The notes: a model not told the origin generated them from the letters alone. DNA of 64,000 nucleotides from a virus (IMGVR_UViG_3300032249_001192:5524-69523); one strand, 5' to 3'; numbered from the stretch's first letter, positions 38,415 to 49,005 are shown. Program-made: numbers and translations.

Positions 38415-38723
38415 TTAATATGTTTTATAACTTCTCTGTAAAAATTTACCATTATCTAATTCTTCTCCATTTATCTTAGCATTAATAATTTCAATAATTT
38501 TTTGATCTACTTCATTAATTAGTTGATTTCTTTGAACATTTAAATCGCATGCTTTTTTTAAGCACTCCCATAATTCCATAGCTCCGCCTTCTGTCTCAAA
38601 GTATTTAGATTTATATTCATCAAAGGTCATACGTCTAATATTATATAGTAATTCTTGATTATTCCACATTTTTAAATCGACAGTAGTCAATTTATCCACA
38701 AGACTTCCTAGCGTGTCTGACAT
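38415..38723 (-). CDS. DUF4254-like protein
   Basis: TLGSLVDKL...LKMW...LNVQRNQLINEVD. Confidence 0.65.
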   Translation of the reverse strand: MSDTLGSLVDKLTTVDLKMWNNQELLYNIRRMTFDEYKSKYFETEGGAMELWECLKKACDLNVQRNQLINEVDQKIIEIINAKINGEELDNGKFLQRSYKTY

Positions 38724-38737
38724 TAGTTATCTCCTTA

Positions 38738-39202
38738 TCATATTTCTAAGTATCCAACAAAAGTTGAGTCTGATTGTGATTCTAGCACATATCCTAATTT
38801 ATTGTATAAGTTAATAGCTTTTATATTGTCTTTATATACAGTTAGTCTAATTTTGGAAACACCTCGTTCTTTGGCTCTAGAATGTAAAAACAACATCATT
38901 TTTTTGCCAAAACCAAATTTTCTGTAATTAGGAGATACCGCTATTCCTATGCTTGGTATAGTAAATCCTTCATCCCATCCTCGCAATATACCATAGGATA
39001 CAATTTGTTCATCTTGACACATAATCCAGTATTCGTCTAGGCTATTGCTTGATATAATTTTTTTAATGGTATTTATATCAAACGCATGAGGATGGAATAT
39101 ATTCTCTTCTTGATTATCTGTAAGGTCTTTCAAAAAATCTAAGAATAAAAACAAATATTTATCATTGAGTTTACAGAAGTTGTTTTTTATATCATTATCC
39201 AT
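38738..39202 (-). CDS. GNAT acetyltransferase
   Basis: IAVSPNYRKFGFG (motif A), NIKAINLYNKLGY. Confidence 0.9.
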   Translation of the reverse strand: MDNDIKNNFCKLNDKYLFLFLDFLKDLTDNQEENIFHPHAFDINTIKKIISSNSLDEYWIMCQDEQIVSYGILRGWDEGFTIPSIGIAVSPNYRKFGFGKKMMLFLHSRAKERGVSKIRLTVYKDNIKAINLYNKLGYVLESQSDSTFVGYLEI

Positions 39203-39840
39203 GATTTATGTGGTTTTTTCATAACACTTATATGGTCAGGGTATCTTTTTATGTATCTGTGATTAAGTAAAGGAATATTTCCTGTATCAATCGAGTCTAC
39301 TAAACAAATAAAAGAAGAATCAATACAATGTATTTCTTTAGCATGCTGTATAGTGTATATCCAATCAAAAAACTTCCCGTGAGTTGGTGAGATCAAGGGA
39401 AGATTATGGCGGATAATATATGGAGATTTAACTATACTATGGTCGTGAACAAATATGTATTCATTTTCTTTAATATTCAACGAATCAAACAATTGTTTTT
39501 CATCAGCTAAGTTTCTATTGATATAAAATTTTTGGTACTCATATTCAATGGGGACATTTGCCATTTTATAAAATTGAGCAATAAAATTTTCTCTTGTATG
39601 AAGCTGAAATCCAATATACAGAACGTTTTTAAGTTGATTCTTTTTTATAAAGTTTTGAACATATTCATCATCACCAACTATCAATTCTAGGTTATTTATA
39701 TCATTATACATGTACTGTACATTATCTTTATTGTGGGGTTTAACAAATAAAGAAACCTTGTCATTATTTTCGCAATAGTGTCTAACTATTCCATGACAGG
39801 ATATGTGATCTCCAAGACCAAGATGGTGATAAATAAACAT
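39187..39840 (-). CDS. Putative GT-B glycosyltransferase (GT9-like)
   Basis: HHLGLGDHI N-terminal motif and IHCIDSSF C-terminal motif. Confidence 0.55.
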   Translation of the reverse strand: MFIYHHLGLGDHISCHGIVRHYCENNDKVSLFVKPHNKDNVQYMYNDINNLELIVGDDEYVQNFIKKNQLKNVLYIGFQLHTRENFIAQFYKMANVPIEYEYQKFYINRNLADEKQLFDSLNIKENEYIFVHDHSIVKSPYIIRHNLPLISPTHGKFFDWIYTIQHAKEIHCIDSSFICLVDSIDTGNIPLLNHRYIKRYPDHISVMKKPHKSWIMI

Positions 39841-39846
39841 AAGTAT

Positions 39847-40497
39847 TTAAATATTGAAAGAATTTAAGTATTCAAACTGATCTTTGGTTTTTATGTAATG
39901 AAATGAAATATGTTCATGGGGTTTCTGAATACCATAAAATTCTGGTGGTTGAGAGTACACTCCTGGTAAATTTTCATTAATAATACCAGCCTGTCTACCT
40001 ATAAGTCCTATAGCAACATCGGAGTATACTAAACTATTTAGCTCACCTATAGTATATTGATTATGAGCACACAAAGATTTAAGAGAAACCTTATTAAACA
40101 AAATTCCTCCACCTCCAAGAACATAGAATAAGTTTCTATCATTTGGCCAAGTATTGCTTACTTGTCCATATATTCTATTATCATATTTGTTTAATGTTTC
40201 TATGATAGAATCTAAATTATTTACATAAACGAAAACATCGTCACCAATAAAGAAAAACCAATCAAACCTATTTATATGATTATCTAAAGCATAATACATA
40301 GCATAAAAATTTTTATACATACTAGACAGGTAGTCGTCTCTGTCTGTGCAGCAGATGTAGTTGGGCCTGTTATCTATTCTGTCTGTAATATGAAATATGT
40401 TTTGATTTTTTGCCCAAGTGTCATCTATTAGACGACATCTATCTAGGTGTTTATGTGTTGTAAAAGTATAGAATCCACAATTAGTTAATATTTTCAT
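39847..40497 (-). CDS. GT31 Fringe/core-1 beta-1,3-galactosyltransferase-like protein
   Basis: DWFFFIGDDVFVYVNNL, YVLGGGGILF, SDVAIG, ISFHYI parallel the C1GALT1/Fringe motifs DWFLKADDDTY, YMSGGAG, EDxxxG, SFHY. Confidence 0.75.
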   Translation of the reverse strand: MKILTNCGFYTFTTHKHLDRCRLIDDTWAKNQNIFHITDRIDNRPNYICCTDRDDYLSSMYKNFYAMYYALDNHINRFDWFFFIGDDVFVYVNNLDSIIETLNKYDNRIYGQVSNTWPNDRNLFYVLGGGGILFNKVSLKSLCAHNQYTIGELNSLVYSDVAIGLIGRQAGIINENLPGVYSQPPEFYGIQKPHEHISFHYIKTKDQFEYLNSFNI

Positions 40498-41147
40498 ATT
40501 AAAAACTTATAGAATTCTGGGTGTCGAACGTTGTGTTCGTCATAAACGTCTCCAACAAATTCAGTGTCTTCTCTTATGGTAGGAAAAGGTTTTTTGTCAA
40601 AAAACTCGTCGTGAACAACTTTGTCGTCACCTATCAATGGGTAAAGTTTGTTTCCTAAAAATTCATAATCAGTGCCATATTTATCTGTGGCAGTGTAGTT
40701 TTTAAGAAGTTCTTCAATATTGTATTTGTTGTTTTTTCTATACCCCCACATGCCACCCAATATAGGATATCCATGATGAGGATGATCTCTCATTATGTGA
40801 ATAGTTTTATTTTGTTTTAACCAATAGTCAACAGCATATTTTTCTCTCATATTAAGACGACTATCAGTATCTCTGAATATACAAACATCAAACCGAGGAT
40901 CAAAACAAGTTTGAAATCTCCAGAATAGATTAGACCATGAGTCTGATCCGTTCATTGTTTTTATAATCACATGATCAAATTTTTCTAGTTCTATTTTTGT
41001 TTGTTCTGGAACAGATGAGTCGCTTATGAAGAATACGCATTTCCATTCTGGATATATTGTTAAAGCTAATTCTGCGTTTTTAATAGCTCCAGCATTATAT
41101 TTGGGATTATTTCCCCATAAGCTAAAAGCAATACATTTATTAGTCAT
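40494..41147 (-). CDS. Putative glycosyltransferase (GT-A-like)
   Basis: IAFSLWG..PKY..GA, FWRF, FRDTDSRL, HIMRDHPHH...ILGGMWG. Confidence 0.55.
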   Translation of the reverse strand: MTNKCIAFSLWGNNPKYNAGAIKNAELALTIYPEWKCVFFISDSSVPEQTKIELEKFDHVIIKTMNGSDSWSNLFWRFQTCFDPRFDVCIFRDTDSRLNMREKYAVDYWLKQNKTIHIMRDHPHHGYPILGGMWGYRKNNKYNIEELLKNYTATDKYGTDYEFLGNKLYPLIGDDKVVHDEFFDKKPFPTIREDTEFVGDVYDEHNVRHPEFYKFLI

Positions 41148-41754
41148 TTAACTTATTATTTGTTTTAGGAGGATAGTTATACACAATAACGTCGAACTGC
41201 CCCCAAATATCGTCAATCAAATCAGAAACGAACTGCCAATTACCACCAGCTAGTCCGCTACCAAATTTAGGACAATGTATTTCTATCTTTTCGCTTTTAT
41301 TAGAGAATCCCGTATTTGATTTAATATATTGGGACAAAGTATTCATCGACTTAACTAATGCCAAATAGTTTAAAGGCCTAATATTATTAGTTCCTTTAAC
41401 TCCATTTTGAGCTATCATATTAACGAAAAATAGTTTATGCTTAAACTTATTGTCTTCATAGACTTTTAGTACTTGGCTATATCCAAAGTTGTTACGCAAA
41501 AAGTGTTTGCCCAATAAGTGATAGTCTTGTTTAACTGAAGGATATTTTTCAGCTAACTGAGCGGCAAATCCAGCACCGAATAGATCTATGTTATTGCACA
41601 CATGAGGAACAAATACCGTAGATCCATTGTTACCGGAACTTACTCTTTCTCTGATAGATTCAAAAAGATTTTGATTAGAAAATCTGTAGTTGGGTAATAG
41701 TTTATTTATTTTTATTGACATTTGATTACCTTTGAATTTTTGGCCATTTGCCAA
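41140..41754 (-). CDS. Macro domain (ADP-ribose processing; Poa1p/DarG/TARG1-like)
   Basis: PHVCN...FGAGFA...KYP, NMIAQ, PKFGSGLAGGNW; real start probably MSIKIN. Confidence 0.85.
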   Translation of the reverse strand: MANGQKFKGNQMSIKINKLLPNYRFSNQNLFESIRERVSSGNNGSTVFVPHVCNNIDLFGAGFAAQLAEKYPSVKQDYHLLGKHFLRNNFGYSQVLKVYEDNKFKHKLFFVNMIAQNGVKGTNNIRPLNYLALVKSMNTLSQYIKSNTGFSNKSEKIEIHCPKFGSGLAGGNWQFVSDLIDDIWGQFDVIVYNYPPKTNNKLND

Positions 41755-42004
41755 TAGGACATTCTTGATCAGCCCATGCTAATTTATTTAAGAATCTCTT
41801 CTTCTTGCTCAAATAACATCCACACACATTGCATTGCTCTTTACTTGCGTTGAATTCTTGACATGTTTCACATATCTGGTATCTATCCAGTATTTCTTTT
41901 TGTGTGGACTTTGGAAATCCACCATAAATATGAAACCATAAGGACTTAATGAAGATCTGTAGTCTGATTAGGAACATCCTTCTTCCTTTCTTTAATGGCA
42001 ACAA
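41726..42004 (-). CDS. Small Cys-rich zinc-binding protein (DUF6171-like)
   Basis: RYQICETC...CNVCGC...ECPIGKW. Confidence 0.7.
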   Translation of the reverse strand: MLPLKKGRRMFLIRLQIFIKSLWFHIYGGFPKSTQKEILDRYQICETCQEFNASKEQCNVCGCYLSKKKRFLNKLAWADQECPIGKWPKIQR

Positions 42005-42197
42005 TATTTGAATCTTTGTCTACTGTAAAAAGATCAATTTGTTCTATGATAAGATCAGGCAACATCCATTTTGTTGTTCCATCAAGAAGAGAAACACATA
42101 AACGAGAGCCATTTTTCTTGTAGTCTGTGGTGACCACATATTGGCATCCATTGTGCTGATAGCAATCACCAATTAATAATTCTTCTAAGTATTTCAT
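41946..42197 (-). CDS. Hypothetical protein
   Basis: 83 aa ORF. Confidence 0.55.
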   Translation of the reverse strand: MKYLEELLIGDCYQHNGCQYVVTTDYKKNGSRLCVSLLDGTTKWMLPDLIIEQIDLFTVDKDSNIVAIKERKKDVPNQTTDLH

Positions 42198-42202
42198 ATT
42201 AA

Positions 42203-42415
42203 TTAATGATTGTAGTATCTATCCCAGTCTTCCCATTCTTCGTCTTGAAGATCTTCTTTGTGTTTTTTAATCTGTTTATTTATATCTTTAGGAGAAAAAT
42301 CAATATCGTCGTAACGTGGTTTGTTACGCTTATTTTTGATTTTGTCTCTTCTGTCGAGTTTTCGGTCTTTTTCTGGAAATTCGTTGTTTGGTTTCATGGA
42401 AGTTGTAATTGCCAA
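42203..42415 (-). CDS. Small charged hypothetical protein
   Basis: Basic then acidic/aromatic tail; first gene after a sigma70 promoter. Confidence 0.5.
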   Translation of the reverse strand: MAITTSMKPNNEFPEKDRKLDRRDKIKNKRNKPRYDDIDFSPKDINKQIKKHKEDLQDEEWEDWDRYYNH

Positions 42416-42428
42416 AAGTATCTTCTGT

Positions 42429-42456
42429 ATACTAACTCATAAATTCTCTGTGTCAA
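42429..42456 (-). promoter_or_regulatory. Sigma70-type promoter (leftward)
   Basis: TTGACA-16 nt-TAGTAT with an upstream A-tract on the minus strand. Confidence 0.6.
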
Positions 42457-42481
42457 CTTTTTTTTAATGGCCAATCCACCC

Positions 42482-42510
42482 TTGACAGCATATCGAATTC
42501 GGATTAGTAT
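42482..42510 (+). promoter_or_regulatory. Sigma70-type promoter (rightward, no sense gene downstream)
   Basis: TTGACA-17 nt-TAGTAT on plus strand. Confidence 0.5.
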
Positions 42511-42561
42511 TATGCAGGTCGGTGGATATAATATATACTCTTACTACTTATCCCGGAGTTC

Positions 42562-45237
42562 TCAATTGATATACACTCTGGTTGACCTAGCGCTACTTGC
42601 ACCAGCCACATTTACTGATCTAATAGAAATATCATAATTTTTACCTCTCGTTATTGCGTAGCCGCTATTCCCATAGATAGTATAGTATAAATTTGCATGA
42701 GGAGACGAATAATTATCCCATCCTATTGGGGTGGATCCTTGGTCTTTAGCACCAGCACCAACAAATATTTGACCAGTAATAGAAGGGTCCTCTACTTGTG
42801 TAAAATTAATCAAGTATTGATAAACACCAGTTGTAAACATGTTAGGCCATTGCAGATTCACTATTGTTCCAACAGAATTTGGAAAATTAGATGATGCAAT
42901 TAATGATGGTGGGGCGGATGGTAACTCTGCATACTCGGCATAGAATTGCAATTCATTTCCGTCGCCTCTTGAATTGTTTGGAATAATGCGAATTCTATAA
43001 GGATTACCAATTGTGGATGTGGGAATAATACATTTCCATTTTGAAATACTATAATCAAAACCTATATTAGTAGTAGTTAATGTTGGAATACTAGATTGCC
43101 ACCAGTCTCCATTTGTTGCCAATTGATATTCACAACGGTAAGATACCGGAGCAACATTTTCTCCATAATAGTCTGGCGGAGCTGTCCATAAAACAGTCAG
43201 AGAATTTGAGTTTCTATTAACTGAAACATTCTTAGCATTAATAAGAAATCTATACCTACCAAGGTAGTAAGAATATCCAAATTCAAATGCATTTTGCACA
43301 TTGGTTGCTAAATAATTATACAGATTAAGATTAACTATTGAATTATTATCATTATTAACCGAACCAGGTCTCCCAGCAAAACTATACGGGACTATAGTAA
43401 CAGGCGTACAATAAGGACCAACGTTTCCGTTACTATAAACTGGAGCGATTGATATTGAATACGTTACTCCGCCTTTAAGCATTCTAACTCTATATCCATA
43501 TGATGTTATTGCTTGTAAAACTCCATATTGATTAGCATATGGGTATGGAGGAGGATTAGAATCCCAATATGAAAGACCATTAATTACCCTGTATGAATTG
43601 TTGTTATCCCAATTTATGATATATTCTTGTTTAGATGGATCTGGTTGAATAATATTATTGACTTCTGAAGCGGTAGAACCGTAAGCTCCTCTTGGATCTA
43701 TTGGTCCTCCTGCTATTTTTATTTTCCAAGAAAGAGGATATCCTATTTTAACAATACCTGATGACCAAGATATGTCTATTTCGGCGCTATTATATCGCGT
43801 ATCAGTAACAGATAAACTGCCTAATACTAACCTAACGGACAAATTCGATGCTCTTTGAGCTAGCGTTTCAGTTGGGGTTACTGTTGGTGTTGGTGTTGTT
43901 GTTGGGGTTAATGTTCTTGTTCTTGTTGGGGTAGCTGTTGGAGTTAATGTTCTTGTTATTGTTAGAGTAATTGTTGGGGTGGTTGTTGGGGTTGTGGTTA
44001 TTGTTGGAGTTATTGTTGGAGTAGAAGTTTTTGTTATCGTTGGAGTCAGTGATCTAGTTGGTGTTTGTGTGGCTGTTATGGTTGGTGTTGTTGACGATGT
44101 TATTGTTGGTGATGGCGTCGGAGTTGGAGTTCTGCTAGCGTCTGGTGTTGGAGTAATTGTTGGAGTTCTTGTTGGGGTTACTGTTTTGGTTGAACTGATG
44201 GTAATTGTTGGAGTAACAGATGGTGTAATTGTTGGCGTTTTAGTTGCCGTAATTGATGGAGTAGTAGTTGGAGTATTTGTTCTTGTTGGTGATACCGACG
44301 ATGTTATTGATGGCGTAACTGTTGATGTTGCAGTTATTGTTGGTGTTACCGTTGATGTTGGGGTGACACTTGAGGTTATGGTAAGAGTAGGCGTTACTGT
44401 AATGGTCGGAGTAGTAGTTGGCGTTGGAGTTATAGAGGACGTTACTGTTGGTGTAACGGTTGGTGTTGCTGTTATAGTCGCTGTTGGAGTTGGTGTTTCA
44501 CTTCCGGTAATTGTTATGGTTGGAGTCAACGAAGACGTTGGAGTAATTGACGGCGTTTGTGTTTGCGTGGCTGTAATTGTTGGTGTTTGACTTGGAGTAC
44601 TTGTAATCGTACTTGTTACAGTAGGAGTTATAGTACAAGTTGGTGTTGGTGTTGTTGTACAGGTACTGGTTGCTGTTGGCGTTATTGTCGATGTTGGTGT
44701 GCTAGTATTAGTTAAAGTTATGGTTTGGGTGGGTGTTTGAGTTGGTGTCGATGTTTTTGTTGGTGTTAGTGTTGGTGTTGTGCTAGCACCCGGAGTGGGG
44801 GTCCTTGTGGGTGTAGCTGTTCTAGTAGGTGTTTTACTCCTGGTAATTGTTATTGAAGGAGTTATAGAGGAAGTTACAGTACTAGTTGGAGTTACACTAG
44901 GAGTAGTTGTAATTGTTGAAGTTATGCTAGGAGTAATAGTGGGAGTGGCCGTTATTGATGACGTAATAGTAATGGTGGGAGTAATAGTGGGAGTAATAGT
45001 GATTGTTGTAGTTGGAGTTGGGCTGCGTGTTGGGGTTTTTGTAGGGGTTTTAGTAGGTGTAGGAGTTCTACCTGTACGTGTTGGTGTTCTTGTCGTAGTT
45101 ATCGTTGGAGTTATTGTTTGGGTTTTGGTTGGGGTTCTTGTTGGAGTTGGAGTTTTTGTTGGAGTTCTGGAGGGACCAAGACCAACATCACTCAATGCCT
45201 TTTCACAATTATTACAGTCGTTTGGTGACATAGTCAT
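42562..45237 (-). CDS. Mucin-like Thr/Pro-rich stalk protein with C-terminal FN3-like domains
   Basis: About 430 aa of TPT/TPS repeats, then beta-sandwich segments ([27 protein letters not shown]); no signal peptide. Confidence 0.8.
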   Translation of the reverse strand: MTMSPNDCNNCEKALSDVGLGPSRTPTKTPTPTRTPTKTQTITPTITTTRTPTRTGRTPTPTKTPTKTPTRSPTPTTTITITPTITPTITITSSITATPTITPSITSTITTTPSVTPTSTVTSSITPSITITRSKTPTRTATPTRTPTPGASTTPTLTPTKTSTPTQTPTQTITLTNTSTPTSTITPTATSTCTTTPTPTCTITPTVTSTITSTPSQTPTITATQTQTPSITPTSSLTPTITITGSETPTPTATITATPTVTPTVTSSITPTPTTTPTITVTPTLTITSSVTPTSTVTPTITATSTVTPSITSSVSPTRTNTPTTTPSITATKTPTITPSVTPTITISSTKTVTPTRTPTITPTPDASRTPTPTPSPTITSSTTPTITATQTPTRSLTPTITKTSTPTITPTITTTPTTTPTITLTITRTLTPTATPTRTRTLTPTTTPTPTVTPTETLAQRASNLSVRLVLGSLSVTDTRYNSAEIDISWSSGIVKIGYPLSWKIKIAGGPIDPRGAYGSTASEVNNIIQPDPSKQEYIINWDNNNSYRVINGLSYWDSNPPPYPYANQYGVLQAITSYGYRVRMLKGGVTYSISIAPVYSNGNVGPYCTPVTIVPYSFAGRPGSVNNDNNSIVNLNLYNYLATNVQNAFEFGYSYYLGRYRFLINAKNVSVNRNSNSLTVLWTAPPDYYGENVAPVSYRCEYQLATNGDWWQSSIPTLTTTNIGFDYSISKWKCIIPTSTIGNPYRIRIIPNNSRGDGNELQFYAEYAELPSAPPSLIASSNFPNSVGTIVNLQWPNMFTTGVYQYLINFTQVEDPSITGQIFVGAGAKDQGSTPIGWDNYSSPHANLYYTIYGNSGYAITRGKNYDISIRSVNVAGASSARSTRVYIN
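43861..45180 (-). repeat. Degenerate low-complexity repeat encoding (T/S)PT(x)T units
   Basis: Codon-diverged GTTGGTGT/GTTGGAGT-rich tract on the plus strand. Confidence 0.85.
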
Positions 45238-45357
45238 AATAAATTCGATTCTTTATGATATTAAACTAGATTAGCCATATTTATAATACTAAATTTTCTA
45301 ATACTTAAGTATTACACTATAATTGCAATAATCTAAGAACAAAGACTGCTTTAAACC

Positions 45358-45385
45358 TTGACTTCAACAACACCAAGAATATAAT
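45358..45385 (+). promoter_or_regulatory. Sigma70-type promoter for the inverted glycosylation cassette
   Basis: TTGACT-16 nt-TATAAT about 45 nt upstream of the ATG at 45430. Confidence 0.7.
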
Positions 45386-45429
45386 CTTATTAGTGTAGCG
45401 CAAGACTTTTAAATGACAAGTTTTTTATA

Positions 45430-47088
45430 ATGAAATCAACCATAGTTACCGGCATATGGGATTTGGGTAGAGATTCTCTGTCTGATGGCTGGAGCAGATC
45501 ATTTGATCATTATAAAGAAAAATTTGCTGTATTACTTGATTCTTTACAAAATATTCCAACTATAGTTTTTATAGACAAAAAACATGAAGATATAGTATGG
45601 AATCATCGTAATAAAGAAAATACAGTAGTATACCACCATACTGCTAATGATTTTGATAATAATTTTTTCCCTTTCAGAGATAAGGTAGAAAAAATAAGAA
45701 CTAGCGAGCAGTGGTTATGTCAAGCAGGATGGCTCAGAGAAAGCACTCAGGCCAAATTATCTCTCTACAACCCAATGGTTATGAGTAAGATGTTCCTACT
45801 GCACAATGCCAAGGTATTTAATCCATTTAATACTGAATATATGTACTGGCTTGATGGTGGAATATCTAATACTGTTCACCCAGGATACTTTAGCCACGAC
45901 AAAGTCTTAGAAAAAATACAAGATATCACTAAAAAATTTCTATTTGTTTGTTTTCCTTATGAAACAGAATCAGAGATTCATGGATTCGATATAAAGAAGA
46001 TGAAAGAATATGCTAAATCAGAAGAGGTTAGTAGGGTTGCTAGAGGAGGATTTTTTGGTGGACATATTGACTATATAGCTGAGGCTAATAATCTATATTA
46101 TAGTCTATTAAGTGATTCTCTTAATAATGGTCTTATGGGTACTGAAGAAAGTATATTTACCCTAATGACATACTTGCAACCAGAAACCTACCAGCATGAA
46201 ATGATTAATCATGATGGTTTGTTGTCTACATTCTTCGAAAAAGTTAAAAATAATCAAACTATTATAGAAGAAACCGTAAAAAATAATCCTAGAAAAAAAC
46301 ATTCAAACAACGAAACAATATTATACATTAATGCTTTTAATTCTCCAGAACAATTACAAATGGTCTTGGATAGTTTTGAACTACATGATAACTCATTTAT
46401 TACTCAAACAAAAAAGATTCTAATAAACAATAGCACAAAAGAAGATCTCTTCAGTAAGTATGATGCCATTTGCGAAAAATACGGATTTTCAGAGCAGATT
46501 AAAAAAGGAAATTTAGGAGTTTGTCGAGCTAGACAATTTGCTGCTGAACATTTTGCAGACCTTGGTTCTAAATACATGATCTTTTTTGAGGATGACATGT
46601 TGTTAGATTATTCTATATCTAATTGTAATTTTGGTTTTAAAAAATCGACACCTAATTTATTAAGTAGTCTTATTCGTATAATGGACAATGAAGAGTATGA
46701 TTTTTTGAAATTTAGCTTTAGCGAATTTTATGGACATAACGGAGAACAGTGGAGTTGGCATAATGTTCCTTCAGAATTACGGGTAAAATATTTTGGAGAC
46801 GCAAAGAAAAAACCTCTCACCAAGTTTTCTTGCATAAAATCTTATAATGGCATACCTTATGCAGAAGGGGAGATTTACTATTCAAATTGGCCCCATATAA
46901 TAGATCAGGAAGGCAACCAAAAACTATTCTTAGATACTACATGGTCAAATCCTTTTGAACAAACGTGGATGAGTCACATATATACTCTAACAATTAACAA
47001 TAAAGTTAAACCGGCAATATTATTAGCTAGTCCAATAACACATAATAGGGTTCATTTTTATGAAGCGAACGAACGCAAAGAAAACTAA
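45430..47088 (+). CDS. HtrL/YibB-like domain fused to a GT2-like domain
   Basis: TIVTGIWDLGR, YWLDGG, GGFFGG, GTEESIF (HtrL-like); C-terminal FFEDDMLL. Confidence 0.75.
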   Translation: MKSTIVTGIWDLGRDSLSDGWSRSFDHYKEKFAVLLDSLQNIPTIVFIDKKHEDIVWNHRNKENTVVYHHTANDFDNNFFPFRDKVEKIRTSEQWLCQAGWLRESTQAKLSLYNPMVMSKMFLLHNAKVFNPFNTEYMYWLDGGISNTVHPGYFSHDKVLEKIQDITKKFLFVCFPYETESEIHGFDIKKMKEYAKSEEVSRVARGGFFGGHIDYIAEANNLYYSLLSDSLNNGLMGTEESIFTLMTYLQPETYQHEMINHDGLLSTFFEKVKNNQTIIEETVKNNPRKKHSNNETILYINAFNSPEQLQMVLDSFELHDNSFITQTKKILINNSTKEDLFSKYDAICEKYGFSEQIKKGNLGVCRARQFAAEHFADLGSKYMIFFEDDMLLDYSISNCNFGFKKSTPNLLSSLIRIMDNEEYDFLKFSFSEFYGHNGEQWSWHNVPSELRVKYFGDAKKKPLTKFSCIKSYNGIPYAEGEIYYSNWPHIIDQEGNQKLFLDTTWSNPFEQTWMSHIYTLTINNKVKPAILLASPITHNRVHFYEANERKEN

Positions 47089-48376
47089 AGCCAAGACTCA
47101 AACAACTAAAAAGAGTAATAAAGTAGAGACTATTTTTATTCAGATAGCTTCATATCGAGATCCTCAACTCCTTCCAACCTTAAGAGATTTGTTTAGTAAA
47201 GCAAAAAATCCAAGCAATATCACCGTTGGAATATGCTGGCAACATTCTCCAGAGGATACATGGGACGTACTAGCGGAGTTTGAGAACGATCCAAGAATAA
47301 AAGCTATAGACATAGACTATAAAGATAGTCAAGGTGTTTGCTGGGCCAGAAATTTGGTTCAGTCTCTATATGATGGAGAAACATATACTCTACAACTAGA
47401 TAGTCACCACAGATTCGTTCAAGACTGGGATGAAATTCTAATAGATATGCTAAAAGGTTTACAAAAAGATGGATACAATAAACCGTTAATAACAGCATAT
47501 ATACCCAGCTTCGATCCAGACAATGATCCCGCATCTAGAGTTCAAGAGCCTTGGAAAATGAATTTTGACAGATTCATTCCTGAAGGAGCAGTTTTCTTTT
47601 TACCTGCCTCTTTTGATTCTTGGGACGATAAAACCAAACCTCTTCCAGGCAGATTTTATAGTGCTCATTTCGCTTTTAGTGTAGGAGCATTTTGTAAGGA
47701 GGTTCCTCACGATCCTCAGTATTATTTTCATGGTGAAGAAATTAGTATTGCCGCTAGAGCATATACTCATGGGTACGATATATTCCATCCTCATAAGGTT
47801 GTCTGTTGGCATGAATATACCAGGAAAGGAAGAACCAAGCAGTGGGATGATGATAAAAAATGGGGTGACAGGAATAATATCTGTCACCTAAGAAACAGAA
47901 AATTGTTTGAAATGGATGGAGAAAAAAGAGATATAGATTTTGGCCAATATGGTTTTGGCACAGTAAGATCTTTGAGAGATTATGAAAAATATAGTGGATT
48001 ATCATTTGGTAAAAGAGCTATACAAAAAAGAGTACAGGATCATCAAGCACCACCAGATCCAGAAACGTCCTATCTAACCGATGAAGATTTTGATAAAAAA
48101 CTGTTAAGAATATTCAAACACTGCATAGATATTCAATATGGTCAAGTACCAGAAAATGATTATGATTTTTGGGCTGTTGCTTTTAAAGACAAAGAAGGCC
48201 AAGATATATACAGGCAGGACGCAGATAAAGATGAAATATTACGTATTAAAAATGATCCAGATGGATATTGTAAGGTGTGGAGAGAGTTTCAAACAGAAGT
48301 TAGCCCAACAAGCTGGTTGATTTGGCCTCATAGCTTATCAAAAGGATGGGCAGAACCGATTATAGGATATCTGTAA
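47060..48376 (+). CDS. GT60-family polypeptide N-acetylhexosaminyltransferase (Skp1 GlcNAc-T/Gnt1-like)
   Basis: IFIQIASYRDP, GVCWAR, LQLDSHHRFVQDWD (DxH), SAHFAFS, EVPHDP..YFHGEEISIAARAYTHGYD. Confidence 0.88.
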   Translation: MKRTNAKKTKAKTQTTKKSNKVETIFIQIASYRDPQLLPTLRDLFSKAKNPSNITVGICWQHSPEDTWDVLAEFENDPRIKAIDIDYKDSQGVCWARNLVQSLYDGETYTLQLDSHHRFVQDWDEILIDMLKGLQKDGYNKPLITAYIPSFDPDNDPASRVQEPWKMNFDRFIPEGAVFFLPASFDSWDDKTKPLPGRFYSAHFAFSVGAFCKEVPHDPQYYFHGEEISIAARAYTHGYDIFHPHKVVCWHEYTRKGRTKQWDDDKKWGDRNNICHLRNRKLFEMDGEKRDIDFGQYGFGTVRSLRDYEKYSGLSFGKRAIQKRVQDHQAPPDPETSYLTDEDFDKKLLRIFKHCIDIQYGQVPENDYDFWAVAFKDKEGQDIYRQDADKDEILRIKNDPDGYCKVWREFQTEVSPTSWLIWPHSLSKGWAEPIIGYL

Positions 48377-48385
48377 AAACATTTT

Positions 48386-48997
48386 ATGCAAATATTCTCA
48401 AATATTAGTGCTATTGGAGATTCTCATGTTGGTGCTTTTTCACCATACTGTAGATTGTGTACTCTTGGTCCAGTTACCATGTATTCGTTGACAACAGATA
48501 AGCTTAATGAATATATTGTTTATTTACTTGAACGAAAAGAAATAGATATTAATGGCTGGTGGATTTTTTGTACCGGTGAAATAGATATAAGATGCTTATT
48601 GTACAAACAAATAAATGAGTACGGCAGAAAAGAGGACGAGACTATAGAAACATTAGTAGATAATTATATCTCTAGTCTATATAAGCTGAATCACGCAAAG
48701 TTAGCCATATCAACCACAGTACCTCCTGCAAAAACAGAAGGTTTTGAAGTTCAACAAAAACATACCATCAATTCTGACTATCCTTTTAAGGGATCAGATT
48801 CAGAAAGAAACAGATGGTCTAAAAAACTAAATCACTATCTAATAAATAAGTGCATAGAAAAAAACATTACTTATTTAGATATATACTCTCTATTCAAAAA
48901 CAACGAAGGATTTTTAGATCATCAATATATAGACGCAGATATGATACATGTTTCAAAAAATGATAAAATCGTCACACTACTTAATAATTTATACTAG
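48386..48997 (+). CDS. SGNH-hydrolase-like protein
   Basis: IGDSH, GEIDIR, DMIH (DxxH). Confidence 0.7.
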   Translation: MQIFSNISAIGDSHVGAFSPYCRLCTLGPVTMYSLTTDKLNEYIVYLLERKEIDINGWWIFCTGEIDIRCLLYKQINEYGRKEDETIETLVDNYISSLYKLNHAKLAISTTVPPAKTEGFEVQQKHTINSDYPFKGSDSERNRWSKKLNHYLINKCIEKNITYLDIYSLFKNNEGFLDHQYIDADMIHVSKNDKIVTLLNNLY

Positions 48998-49005
48998 GAG
49001 AAACT

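Noticed and set aside
43861-45180. Repetitive tract considered as a CRISPR array or tandem DNA repeat
   Set aside because: No constant repeat with unique spacers; repetition is at the amino-acid level with diverged codons
43979-45274. Plus-strand Val/Gly-rich ORFs (also 55321..55545, 56850..57254, 58511..58936, 58521..58766)
   Set aside because: Antisense shadows of Thr/Pro codons in the mucin-like genes; no RBS or domain content
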